Below, piece by piece: positions 1 through 8,820 of a DNA stretch of 64,000 nt. This DNA is from Acidobacteriota bacterium (lineage in GTDB: Bacteria; Acidobacteriota; Vicinamibacteria; Marinacidobacterales; Marinacidobacteraceae), in the NCBI GenBank assembly GCA_022822745.1, contig JAJEAO010000006.1:9509-73508 (forward strand), in the 5' to 3' direction. The notes under the pieces were generated by a model. The model searched no databases. It saw only the letters and a program-made list of their open reading frames with translations, and had not been told where the DNA came from. Numbering within the stretch: position 1 is the stretch's first letter; every line of letters starts with the position of its first letter. The position numbers and the translations under genes are program-made.

Positions 1-217
1 TCGGCGGCCACCGCGAGCACGGTGCAGCTCTTGGCCGGCTTCCCGTTCAGCAGCACGGTGCAGGCGCCGCACGACGTCGTGTCGCACCCGATGTGGGTCC
101 CGGTGAGTCCGAGCTCCTCGCGCAGGAAGTGGACGAGGAGGAGGCGCGATTCGATCTCGCGCTCCATCGGTTCGCCGTTGACCGTGATCGTCACGTGGTG
201 CGCGCTCATGCCGCTTC
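1..217 (-). CDS. Partial [2Fe-2S]-binding small subunit of a molybdopterin dehydrogenase (CoxS/XdhC-like); the window cuts off the 3' end
   Basis: The reverse complement from the ATG at 215-217 reads [69 protein letters not shown], which is the classic CODH/XDH small-subunit ferredoxin N-terminus with the C-x4-C-x2-C cluster. Its start overlaps the stop of the upstream FAD-subunit gene. Confidence 0.8.
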
Positions 218-1131
218 TCCCCTGGCGCGGGCGATCGCCTTCGACGCGGCCCGGAACGTGAGCGTCCGGACGACCGCTCGCTTGTAGGCCTCCGAGCCGC
301 GGGCGTCGGCCATCGGCTCGGCTGCGGCCGCCGCGGCCGCCGCCGCCCGGTCGAGCGCCTCGTCACCGCCGTCCGAGCCGTTCAGCGCGCCTTCCGCCGC
401 CTCGGCCCGGATCGCGGTGAGCCCCACGTTCGTCAGGGCGACGCCGGCGTCGGCGATCACCCCGCCGTGGAAGCGGAGCTGGATCGCCACCGCCGCGACG
501 GCGTAGTCCCCCACCTTCCGCTCCAGCTTGGCGTACGCGCCCCCGGAGCCCGCCGACGGCGACGGGATCCGGATGCCGGTGAGGATCTCGCCTTCCCCGA
601 GCGCCGTCTCGAACGGTCCGGTGAAGAAATCATCCGCCTCGATCTCGCGCTTCTCCGGCGCGAGCGGCAGGCTTCGGCTGCCTTCGCCGGAGAGCGACGG
701 CGCGGGCCGATCCGGATACCCCACGGCGCACATCGTCGCGCCGTAGGCCAGCATGACGGCGGGAAGGTCGTTCCCGGGGTCGGCGTGGGCCACGTTCCCC
801 CCGACGGTGGCGAGGTTTCGCACGACCGGGTCCGCGATGACCCGCGCCGCGTCGCTGAGCAGCGGATACCGGCGCCGGGTCAGCCCGGACTTCTCGATCT
901 CGGCCTGGCGGGTCATCGCGCCGACCCACAGATGTCCGTTCTCCTCGCGGAGCCCGGACAGCCCCGGGACGCGCCGCAGATCCACGAGGGCCGGGGGCTG
1001 GGCGACCCGGAAGCGCATCATCGGGATGAGGCTGTGGCCCCCCGCGAGCAGCTTCGCGTCGTGTTTCTCGACGAGGAGACGACTCGCCTTGGCGAGGGTC
1101 TCCGGAGCGTGGTAGTCGAACGTTGGGGGGA
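206..1131 (-). CDS. FAD-binding medium subunit of a molybdopterin dehydrogenase (CoxM/XdhB-like)
   Basis: The translation contains [80 protein letters not shown] and a CO-dehydrogenase flavoprotein C-terminal domain. The family N-terminus (IPPxFxYH) lies upstream of the first ATG at 1021, with no in-frame ATG/GTG/TTG before a TGA at about 1208, so the start is uncertain (possibly CTG near 1129). Confidence 0.7.
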
Positions 1132-1198
1132 TCAGATCCGCATCCTCCTCTGGGCAGATTCCGAATATACCGAACGGCTCCGGTGCGCCCGTCCCGGT

Positions 1199-2212
1199 TC
1201 AGCGCTGCGAGCCGCCGAGCACGAAGTCCGGCGGGTCACGATCCACGTCGAGGTTCCCCGACGGACGCGCGTAGAGCACCTGCGCATGGAAGATGTCCCA
1301 CTCGGTGAAGTGAGGTGGCTCCAGCTCTCCCGAGTACCACATGTGCGACCGGCGGTGGCCGCCGAGCGGGTGGTAGAGGCCCAGCACGTGCCCGATCTCG
1401 TGGTGGACCGCCCAGGTCTCCTCGAGATGACGGAAGACAATCACGTTGGCCGGTCCGCCCACCTGGAAGGCGAAGGCGTTCGCGTTTCCCGCGCGGTCCG
1501 CCACCTCGGCCGCGTTCCAGCGGAGCACGACGGCGCCGTGGGTCAGGTCCGGCGGCGGATCGTCGGTCGCATGGACCTGCTCGCCGGTGAAGCGGCCGTC
1601 GGTGAGCAGCGGAACCGTGACCCGGATCGCCTCGCGCACGAAGGCCACCGTTTCCTCCGGGATCTCGTCTCCGGTGGTCGGTTCGGGGCGGGTGTCGATG
1701 TAGAAGGTCGGCTCGAAGTCCCACCGGGTGAGCGGCTCCAGTTCTCCTCCCCCGGCGCCGTTACGGACCAGCTCCCGGTAGAAATCCAGCGTCCACGGAC
1801 CGGCATCGGGGATCAGGTCGAGCGTCACGCCGGTCGCCGGAGCGCGCAGCCGCGTGCTCCGCTCCACGAACCCCGGGGCCGAGATCGCGACCTGGTGGAC
1901 TCCGTCCGGGAGATCGAGTCCGAACGCTCCGCCCGCGCCCGAGCCTCCCACGACCTGGCCTCCGACGGAGAAGGAGGCGTTCGGGACCGGGGCGCCGGTC
2001 ACGGTGGCGGTCACGGTTCCCGAGACGGTCGCCGACGGGGACGGCGCGGGCGCGGTGGGCGCCGGGCCGGCGCTGTCCCCGCCGCAACCGGCGAAGGTCA
2101 GCGCGACGGCAGCGCAACCGGCGAGGGTCAGCGCGACCGCCCGGCGACTGGCGAAGGCCAGCGCGACCGCCCCGAGCGCGGGGCGAAGGCGGCCGAGCGC
2201 GATCCCGGTCAC
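1199..2212 (-). CDS. Secreted metzincin-type zinc metallopeptidase lipoprotein
   Basis: Carries a HEIGHVLGLYH motif (HExxHxxGxxH). The N-terminus is a signal/lipobox region whose LAGC-type unit is triplicated by a 3x30-nt tandem repeat (2085-2174). Confidence 0.65.
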   Translation of the reverse strand: MTGIALGRLRPALGAVALAFASRRAVALTLAGCAAVALTFAGCGGDSAGPAPTAPAPSPSATVSGTVTATVTGAPVPNASFSVGGQVVGGSGAGGAFGLDLPDGVHQVAISAPGFVERSTRLRAPATGVTLDLIPDAGPWTLDFYRELVRNGAGGGELEPLTRWDFEPTFYIDTRPEPTTGDEIPEETVAFVREAIRVTVPLLTDGRFTGEQVHATDDPPPDLTHGAVVLRWNAAEVADRAGNANAFAFQVGGPANVIVFRHLEETWAVHHEIGHVLGLYHPLGGHRRSHMWYSGELEPPHFTEWDIFHAQVLYARPSGNLDVDRDPPDFVLGGSQR

Positions 2213-2222
2213 CGCGCGCCCC

Positions 2223-3446
2223 TCAGCCGCGGACCTTGCCCGGAGGCCCCACTTCTCCGGTCGTCGCGCCGGTGAAGACGGCGTTCGAGAACTGCCCGAT
2301 CAGGTTCCCCGTCGTCCGCAGGTGATCCAGGGGACGCTCCACGGCGAGGACCAGCGCCGAGAAATGGACCGGGAGCCCCATGGCTCCGAGCAGGATCGTG
2401 AGGTTCACGAAGCTGGCGCCGGGGACGGCGGAGACCGCCCAGGAGCTCAGGATCGCGGTGAACCAGAGCACGACGAGCTGCGAGATCGAGAGCGGCTCCC
2501 CGACGAGCTGCGCGATCGTGACGACCGAGACGACCTGGTAGATCCCGCTCGAGTCGCGTCCGGCCGCGGCGCCGAAGGGCAGCGCGAAGCCGGCGATCCG
2601 CTGCGAAATCCCCGTCTCGCGCGGGACGGCGACCATCGAGACCGGCAGCGCGGCGGCGGTGGAGACGGAGGCGAACGCGATCGGCAGCGGCTCCCGGAGC
2701 CCTCGCAACAGGTTCCCCAGCGGTTGTCCGGCGAGCAGGCGCACCGCGCCGCCGTGGACTCCCGCGACGTGCGCGGTGGTCGCGATGAGGCACACCCCGA
2801 CATACCAGCCGAGCGCGCCCAGGATGCCGAGCCCGGACTGCCCGACGACCGATGCGAGGATCGCGAAGACGCCCAGCGGGGCGAGCTGCACCACCCAGCC
2901 GACGATCCGGTAGAGCACCGCGTTCACGACCCGCAGCACCTCGAGGAGGGGCCGGGTGCGGTCGCGGCCGAGGGCGTTCACCGTGAAGCCGAACAGGATC
3001 GCGAGGAAGAGAACCTGCAGGACATCGCCGTCCACGAAGGCCCGCCCGATGCTGGAGGGGACGATGCCGACCACGATGTCGTGGAGCGACCGCCCCGAGG
3101 CCGCGACCGCGTCCCCCGGGTCCGAGGGCATCCCCCCGAGAGCGGAGAGGTCCACGCCCCGGCCCGGGCCCAGCCACACCGCGAAGGCGATCCCGATGGC
3201 CAGGGCGGCGGCCAGCGTGCCCAGGTTGTAGAGGAACGCGCGGATGCCGATCGCGCCCGCGGTCCGGCCCCGGATCCCCGTGATCGCGAGCCCCAGAGTC
3301 ACGAAGATGAGCGGCGCGATCAGCATCCGGAGAAGCTGGACGAACAGGTCGGCGATCGGCTGGAGGACGCTCGCGGCCTCGCCGAGCACGACTCCGGTGA
3401 GGATGCCGCCGGCGATGGCGATCAGGACCAGGATGTGGAGCGGCAT
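2223..3446 (-). CDS. Dicarboxylate/amino acid:cation symporter (DAACS family, GltP/DctA-like)
   Basis: About 10 TM segments with family-typical stretches (PLIFVTLGLAITGI, AFASVSTAAALPVSM, SGIYQVVSVVTIAQL). I chose the start at MPLHILVLIAIAGG (ATG 3444-3446), not the R-rich upstream extension. Confidence 0.85.
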   Translation of the reverse strand: MPLHILVLIAIAGGILTGVVLGEAASVLQPIADLFVQLLRMLIAPLIFVTLGLAITGIRGRTAGAIGIRAFLYNLGTLAAALAIGIAFAVWLGPGRGVDLSALGGMPSDPGDAVAASGRSLHDIVVGIVPSSIGRAFVDGDVLQVLFLAILFGFTVNALGRDRTRPLLEVLRVVNAVLYRIVGWVVQLAPLGVFAILASVVGQSGLGILGALGWYVGVCLIATTAHVAGVHGGAVRLLAGQPLGNLLRGLREPLPIAFASVSTAAALPVSMVAVPRETGISQRIAGFALPFGAAAGRDSSGIYQVVSVVTIAQLVGEPLSISQLVVLWFTAILSSWAVSAVPGASFVNLTILLGAMGLPVHFSALVLAVERPLDHLRTTGNLIGQFSNAVFTGATTGEVGPPGKVRG

Positions 3447-3785
3447 CTCTCTTCTGCGACTTCGTCGGGGGCGTTGGCGGACAGGAACCTCGAGATCGAG
3501 CCGGGGCCGGAGGGGCGCCGGGCGGCTCACTCTCGATGGTACCCGGCCCGCCCCCGGTCACCGGTGCGCCCGGAGGAGCGACGGGCTCCGCCATCTCTCC
3601 CGGCAGGGGCCCGGCGCGGGCGGCGCGAACGAACCCCGCCTCCCGGAAATCGAACCTCGAAAGAGCGGTGCCTCACCGGAACGCGACGGAGCGCCGCCGG
3701 GGCCGCGAATCGCCGCGCTGGGGGGCGGCGCTCCCCGCCAGAGAACCGAGCGCGACGGATGGCCCCGTCCCTAGACTCCCGCCCC

Positions 3786-6700
3786 ATGACCAGCGCGCGG
3801 ACGGCCTTCCGGCAGGCGCTCTCCGAGCGGATCGTCGTCTTCGACGGCGCCGGCGGGACGATGCTGCAGTCGCTCCATCTCGACGAAGCCGGATTCCGCG
3901 GCGAGCGGCTCGCGGACCACCCGGAGCCGCTCTCCGGACTCCACGACGCGCTGTGCCTCACCCGCCCCGAACTCGTGGAACGGGTCCACCGCGACTACCT
4001 CGCCGCCGGCGCCGAAGCGCTCACCACGAACACGTTCAACGCGAACGCGGTCTCGCTGGCCGACTACGGCGCCTCGCACCTCGCCTTCGAGATGAACCGG
4101 GAGGGCGCCCGGGCGGCGCGGCGGGCCGTCGAAGCCTTCGCGCCGGACCGCCGGGTGTTCGTGCTCGGTTCGATCGGCCCGACGAACCGCACTCTCGGCA
4201 TCTCGCCCCGGGTCGAGGATCCCGGGTACCGCGCGGTCTCGTGGGAAGCGCTCCGCTCCGCCTACCTGGAGCAGGCGCGGGGGCTCCTCGCCGGGGGGGC
4301 CGACCTGCTGCTGGTCGAGACCTGCTTCGACACGCTGAACGCCAAGGCGGCGCTCGACGCCTGCCGGGAAGCGCTGGACGAGGTGGACGCGGGCTCCGGC
4401 CTGATCGTCTCGTTCACCGCGGTGGATCGAGGAGGACGGAACCTGACCGGCCAGGACTCCGAGGCCTTCTGGATCTCGGTGGCCCACGCCGGGGTCACCG
4501 CCGCCGGCGTGAACTGTTCCTTCGGGGCCGAGACGATGCGCCCGTTCGTGGAGCGGCTCGCCGCCTGCGCCCCGGTTCCGGTCGGAGCGGTCCCCAACGC
4601 GGGGCTCCCGAACGACCTCGGCGAGTACGACGAGACCCCGGCCACGACTGCCGAGGCCCTTGCCGAGCTCGCGGACAGCGGACTCCTGAACTTCACCGGC
4701 GGCTGCTGCGGCACGACGCCCGATCACATCGCCGCCGTCCGCGCCGCCGTCCGCGGAGCGGCGCCTCGGCGACTCCCGGAGCCTCGCGCCGGGCTCCGCC
4801 TCGCGGGGACCGATCCCCTGGTGCGGCCGGAGCGGGCGTTCCTCGTCGTCGGCGAGCGGACGAACGTCACCGGAAGCCGCCGATTCGCCCGGCTCATCCG
4901 CCGCCGGAAGTTCGAGGCCGCCGCCCGGGTGGCCCGCGGCCAGGTCCGCGGCGGCGCGAACCTCCTCGACGTGAACATGGACGCAGCGCTCCTGGACTCC
5001 GCCTCCCGCATGCGCCGCTTCCTCCGGTTTCTGGCGATGGAGCCCGACATCGCGCGCCTTCCGATCCTGGTGGACAGCTCGAAGCTGGAGGTGATCGAGA
5101 CCGGGCTCCGCTGCCTCCCGGGAAAAGGCGTCGTGAACTCGCTCTCGCTGAAGGACGGGGAGTCCGCGTTCCTCGAAGCCGCCCGGCGGGTGCGGCGCTA
5201 CGGGGCGGCGATCGTGGTGATGGCCTTCGACGAGGTCGGCCAGGCGGTGGACGCCGACCGCAAGACCGCCATCTGCCTCCGCGCCTACCGGCTCCTGACC
5301 GGCATCGACGTCCCTCCCGAGGACATCGTGTTCGATCCGAACGTCCTCGCGGTGGCCACCGGGATGGCGGAGCACGACCGATACGCGGTGGAGTTCCTCG
5401 AGGCCCTGCCCCGGATCGCGGCCGCCTGCCCCGGCGCCCTCCTCTCCGGCGGAATCTCGAACCTCTCGTTCGCCTTCCGCGGCCACGAGACGGTGCGGGG
5501 AGCGATGAACGCGGTGTTCCTGCACCACGCCATCGCCGCCGGACTCGACATGGCCATCGTGAACGCCGGGCGCCTGCCGGTCGTGGACGACATCCCGGCG
5601 GAGCTGCGGGAACGGGTGGAGGACGTGATCTTCGCGAGGCGGCCGGACGCCACCGCGCGGCTCGTGGCGCTCGCCTCCCGCACCGGTCGTCGCGCCGGCG
5701 CCCGGCGGGCGAAGGAGACCTGGCGCGGTCTCCCGGTGGGTGAGCGGCTCGCCCACGCCGTGATCCACGGCATCCTCGACCACGTCGGAGAGGACGCGAT
5801 CGAGGCCATCGGCGCGGAGGGCTCGGCGCTCTCCGTGATCGAGGGTCCGCTCATGGACGGGATGCGCGTCGTCGGAGACCGCTTCGGCGACGGGCGCATG
5901 TTTCTGCCCCAGGTCGTCAAGAGCGCCCGGGTGATGAAGCGCGCGGTGGCCCGGCTCCGTCCGCACATGGAGACCGGCGAGCGAGCCGCCGCCCGCCGGC
6001 CCCGGATCGTGCTGGCCACGGTCCGGGGGGACGTGCATGACATCGGCAAGAGCATCGTCGGCATCGTGCTCGCCTGCAGCGGATACGAAGTGGAGGATCT
6101 CGGCGTCATGGTCCCCGCCGACGGGATCCTCGCCGCGGCGGAAGCCGGCGACGCGGCTCTCGTCGGGCTCTCCGGGCTGATCACCCCGTCGCTCGACGAG
6201 ATGGAGCGGTTCGCGGTCGAAATGGAGCGCCGCGGCGACTCCCGACCGCTGCTGATCGGAGGCGCCACCACCTCGGCGCGGCACACGGCGCTCCGGATCG
6301 CTCCCCGCCGTTCCGGGCCGGTCGTCCACGTGCGCGACGCCTCCCGGGCGACCGGCGTGGCGCGGTCCCTCCTCGGGGCGGACCGCGAGAGCTACCTCGC
6401 CGCGGTGCGCGAGCGGCAGGCGCGGGAGCGGGGTCGAAGGGCCGGCCGGGGGCGCCGCCGGCTGCTCCCGCTCGAGGAGGCCCGCCGCCGGGCGCCGAGG
6501 TTCTCTCGGGCGAAGGACGTGCGCGCCAGCTTCCTCGGAGTCCGCCTCCTGCCCGACGTCCCCCTCCGGGAACTGCTCCCGTTCGTGGACTGGACCCCGT
6601 TCTTCCACGCCTGGCAGTTCCGGGGAACCTGGCCGGGGCTCCTCGATCACCCCGAGGCCGGACCCCCGGCGCGGGAGCTCCTCGAAGCCGCCCGCGCCCG

Positions 6701-7421
6701 CGCCGAGTCGCTGGCGGAGACGCGGGCGATCCGCGCCGCGGGGGCCTACGGCTTCTTCCCCGCGGCCCGCGAAGGCGACGACCTCCTCCTGTGGGAGGAC
6801 GGGGACGCCCGGGGCTCTCCGCGCTTCCGCATCCCCACGCTGCGGCAGCAGGAGGACCGCCCCGGCCCGCGTCTCGCCGCGGCGGATTTCGTGGCGCCGG
6901 CGAACGCGGACGGCCCGGAGGATGTGGTCGGGCTCTTCTGCGTCACCGCCGGGCTGGGCCTCCGCGCCGCGGTGGCGGCGGCCGAGCGCCGCGAGGACGA
7001 CTACGAGGCGCTCCTGCTCCGCTCGCTCGCCGACCGCCTCGCCGAAGCCTTCGCCGAGAGACTCCACCAGCGGGCGCGGCGCGATCTCGGCTACGGAGCG
7101 GCGGAGGATCTCTCCCCCCGGGAACTCCTCCGGGGCCGCTACCGCGGGATCCGCCCGGCCCCGGGCTACCCGGCGACGCCCGATCTCTCGATTCTGCAGC
7201 CGGTCTTCGAAGCGCTCGGCGCGGAGGCGGCGCTCGGGGTCCGCCTCACCGAGTCCTTCGCCATCGAGCCCGCAGCCTCGGTCGCCGGGCTCTACTTCGG
7301 GAGCGCCGAGGCCCGGTATTTCTCCGTGGGGAGGATCGGCCGCGACCAGCTCGAGGACTACGCCGGCCGGCGGCAGATCCCGATGGAGCGCGCCGAAGCG
7401 CTCCTCCGCCGCGTGCTCTGA
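3786..7421 (+). CDS. metH: Cobalamin-dependent methionine synthase
   Basis: Full four-module architecture at 1211 aa: homocysteine S-methyltransferase (IVVFDGAGGTMLQS), pterin-binding, B12-binding (GDVHDIGKSIVGIVL) and the AdoMet activation domain. The ATG at 3786 is in frame with the long ORF, whose 5' extension I reject. Confidence 0.95.
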   Translation: MTSARTAFRQALSERIVVFDGAGGTMLQSLHLDEAGFRGERLADHPEPLSGLHDALCLTRPELVERVHRDYLAAGAEALTTNTFNANAVSLADYGASHLAFEMNREGARAARRAVEAFAPDRRVFVLGSIGPTNRTLGISPRVEDPGYRAVSWEALRSAYLEQARGLLAGGADLLLVETCFDTLNAKAALDACREALDEVDAGSGLIVSFTAVDRGGRNLTGQDSEAFWISVAHAGVTAAGVNCSFGAETMRPFVERLAACAPVPVGAVPNAGLPNDLGEYDETPATTAEALAELADSGLLNFTGGCCGTTPDHIAAVRAAVRGAAPRRLPEPRAGLRLAGTDPLVRPERAFLVVGERTNVTGSRRFARLIRRRKFEAAARVARGQVRGGANLLDVNMDAALLDSASRMRRFLRFLAMEPDIARLPILVDSSKLEVIETGLRCLPGKGVVNSLSLKDGESAFLEAARRVRRYGAAIVVMAFDEVGQAVDADRKTAICLRAYRLLTGIDVPPEDIVFDPNVLAVATGMAEHDRYAVEFLEALPRIAAACPGALLSGGISNLSFAFRGHETVRGAMNAVFLHHAIAAGLDMAIVNAGRLPVVDDIPAELRERVEDVIFARRPDATARLVALASRTGRRAGARRAKETWRGLPVGERLAHAVIHGILDHVGEDAIEAIGAEGSALSVIEGPLMDGMRVVGDRFGDGRMFLPQVVKSARVMKRAVARLRPHMETGERAAARRPRIVLATVRGDVHDIGKSIVGIVLACSGYEVEDLGVMVPADGILAAAEAGDAALVGLSGLITPSLDEMERFAVEMERRGDSRPLLIGGATTSARHTALRIAPRRSGPVVHVRDASRATGVARSLLGADRESYLAAVRERQARERGRRAGRGRRRLLPLEEARRRAPRFSRAKDVRASFLGVRLLPDVPLRELLPFVDWTPFFHAWQFRGTWPGLLDHPEAGPPARELLEAARARAESLAETRAIRAAGAYGFFPAAREGDDLLLWEDGDARGSPRFRIPTLRQQEDRPGPRLAAADFVAPANADGPEDVVGLFCVTAGLGLRAAVAAAERREDDYEALLLRSLADRLAEAFAERLHQRARRDLGYGAAEDLSPRELLRGRYRGIRPAPGYPATPDLSILQPVFEALGAEAALGVRLTESFAIEPAASVAGLYFGSAEARYFSVGRIGRDQLEDYAGRRQIPMERAEALLRRVL

Positions 7422-7458
7422 ATCGGGAGTTCAGGACGCGCCGGTCAGGATCCGGGGT

Positions 7459-7890
7459 TCAGGACGCGCCGGTCGGGATCCGGTACTTCTCCACCGGCGC
7501 GCCGCCGCGGAGGTGGCTCTCGATGACCTCCTCGAGCGCCTCCGGGGTCATGTTCCGGTACCAGACGGCTTCCGGATAGACGACCGCCACCGGACCCTCG
7601 GCGCAGATCCGGAGGCAGTCCGCCTTCGTCCGCGCGACCGGACCCCGGGCGGGACCGCAGGCGAGGCCCAGCGCATCGAGACGCGCCTTCAGCAGGCGCC
7701 AGGAACGGGCGCCCGTCTCGGGATCGCAGCACTTCGGCTTCGAGGGGTCGGCGCAGAGGAAGATGTGCCGGCGGACGCCCGCGAGCCCGAGAGCCTCCGC
7801 CTTGCGGGCCGCGGCCGAGGGTTCGCCGGCAGCGGCCGCTCCCTTCCCGCGGCCGGCGGCTGGCGTCTTCTCGCGGCCGGCGGCTGGCAA
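7459..7890 (-). CDS. Thioredoxin-like [2Fe-2S] ferredoxin domain protein
   Basis: The C-terminal approx. 100 aa read VRRHIFLCADPSKPKCCDPETGARSWRLLKARLDALGLACGPARGPVARTKADCLRICAEGPVAVVYPEAVWYRNMTPEALEEVIE, matching the TRX-like Fd family. There is no in-frame ATG; I propose a TTG at 7890. The N-terminal low-complexity region contains a 2x24-nt tandem repeat. Confidence 0.5.
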   Translation of the reverse strand: MPAAGREKTPAAGRGKGAAAAGEPSAAARKAEALGLAGVRRHIFLCADPSKPKCCDPETGARSWRLLKARLDALGLACGPARGPVARTKADCLRICAEGPVAVVYPEAVWYRNMTPEALEEVIESHLRGGAPVEKYRIPTGAS

Positions 7891-7910
7891 TTTCCCGCCC
7901 CGCGGCGCCC

Positions 7911-8504
7911 TCACGCTCCGTTCGCGTCCCGCAGGATCCCCGCCGGACACGAGACGCCGGTCCGGACGATCCCGCAGTAGCCCCCCGGATTCTTCGCCAG
8001 GTACTGCTGGTGGTACTCCTCGGCGTAGTAGAACGGCTGTTCCCGGCGGATCTCGGTCGTGACCTCCGGGAACCCGGCGGCGGCGAAACGAACCCCGTAG
8101 GCCTCCTTCGCCGCGACCGCCGCCCGGAACTGGGCGTCGTCCGCCGGGTAGATCGTGGAGCGGTACTGCGTGCCCACATCGTTCCCCTGACGCATGCCCT
8201 GGGTCGGGTCGTGGTTCTCCCAGAACACCCGCAGCAGCTCGCCGAACGAAACCCGGTCCGGCCGGAACACGACCCGAACGACTTCGGCGTGCCCGGTCCG
8301 ACCGCTGCAGACTTCCCGGTAGGTCGGGTTCCGGGTGATTCCGCCCGCATACCCGACCGCGGTGCTGTACACCCCCGGCAGCTTCCAGAAGAGCCGTTCG
8401 GCGCCCCAGAAACACCCCATCCCGACGAGAGTCTCCGCCGTCCCCTCGGGCCACGGGGGGGTCAGCGGCGCGTCGAGCACGAAATGGCGGCGGGGCACCC
8501 GCAT
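7911..8504 (-). CDS. msrA: Peptide methionine sulfoxide reductase A
   Basis: 197 aa with [28 protein letters not shown] and EYHQQYL signatures. The ATG at 8502-8504 was located by counting back from the stop. Confidence 0.9.
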   Translation of the reverse strand: MRVPRRHFVLDAPLTPPWPEGTAETLVGMGCFWGAERLFWKLPGVYSTAVGYAGGITRNPTYREVCSGRTGHAEVVRVVFRPDRVSFGELLRVFWENHDPTQGMRQGNDVGTQYRSTIYPADDAQFRAAVAAKEAYGVRFAAAGFPEVTTEIRREQPFYYAEEYHQQYLAKNPGGYCGIVRTGVSCPAGILRDANGA

Positions 8505-8705
8505 GGCTTTCACCCGGTGCGGCAGGGCGGTGGCCGGGGAGGGCAGCGTGGAGGGACGGGCGAAGGGAATCACGGCGGCCGGGCAGTCTATCCGGGGTCG
8601 GCGACGGCTCCTCCCGCCCGCGCGGACGCCGTTCGACGGGACCGTCCTCGCCGGCGCGCGCCGGCGCCCGGATCCGGCGCGCTCCCGGACGCCCAGTACA
8701 AGCGG

Positions 8706-8802
8706 CGGCGACGGCCAGGAGGAATCCCGGACCGCACCGGCGACAGCCAGGAGGAATCCCGTACCGCGCCGGCGACCGCCAGGGGAAATCCCCGGACCGT
8801 GC
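8706..8802. repeat. Three perfect-tandem copies of a 32-33 bp unit (cggcgacRgccaggRgaatcccSgaccgYRc) in the msrA/ALDH divergent intergenic region
   Basis: Read directly: copies at 8706-8737, 8738-8769 and 8770-8802, followed immediately by TATACT (8805-8810) and the GTG start of the ALDH gene at 8821. Confidence 0.85.
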
Positions 8803-8804
8803 CT

Positions 8805-8810
8805 ATACTC
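8805..8810 (+). promoter_or_regulatory. Candidate -10 element (TATACT) 10 nt upstream of the ALDH GTG start; possible leaderless or short-leader transcript
   Basis: This is the only AT-rich hexamer in a >70% GC intergenic region, positioned directly after the iteron array. Confidence 0.35.
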
Positions 8811-8820
8811 GCCCCCGCCA

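Noticed and set aside
1854-3785. The long 5' extension of the metH ORF (ORF begins at 1854)
   Set aside because: The extension is low-complexity and overlaps the symporter and metalloprotease genes on the opposite strand. The conserved MetH N-terminus begins at the ATG at 3786.
3771-7067. 1098-aa ORF antisense to metH, and similar giant antisense/overlapping ORFs (e.g. 10155-12572 minus, 19274-20905 plus, 22942-25968 plus, 28388-30997 plus, 38368-39414 minus)
   Set aside because: These are Arg/Gly/Pro-rich low-complexity translations typical of the wrong frame or strand in >70% GC DNA. Each overlaps a gene with unmistakable family motifs on the other strand.
8706-8802. CRISPR array
   Set aside because: There are only three directly abutting repeats with no spacers. 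Other repeat clusters likewise lack regularly sized unique spacers, and no cas genes are present.
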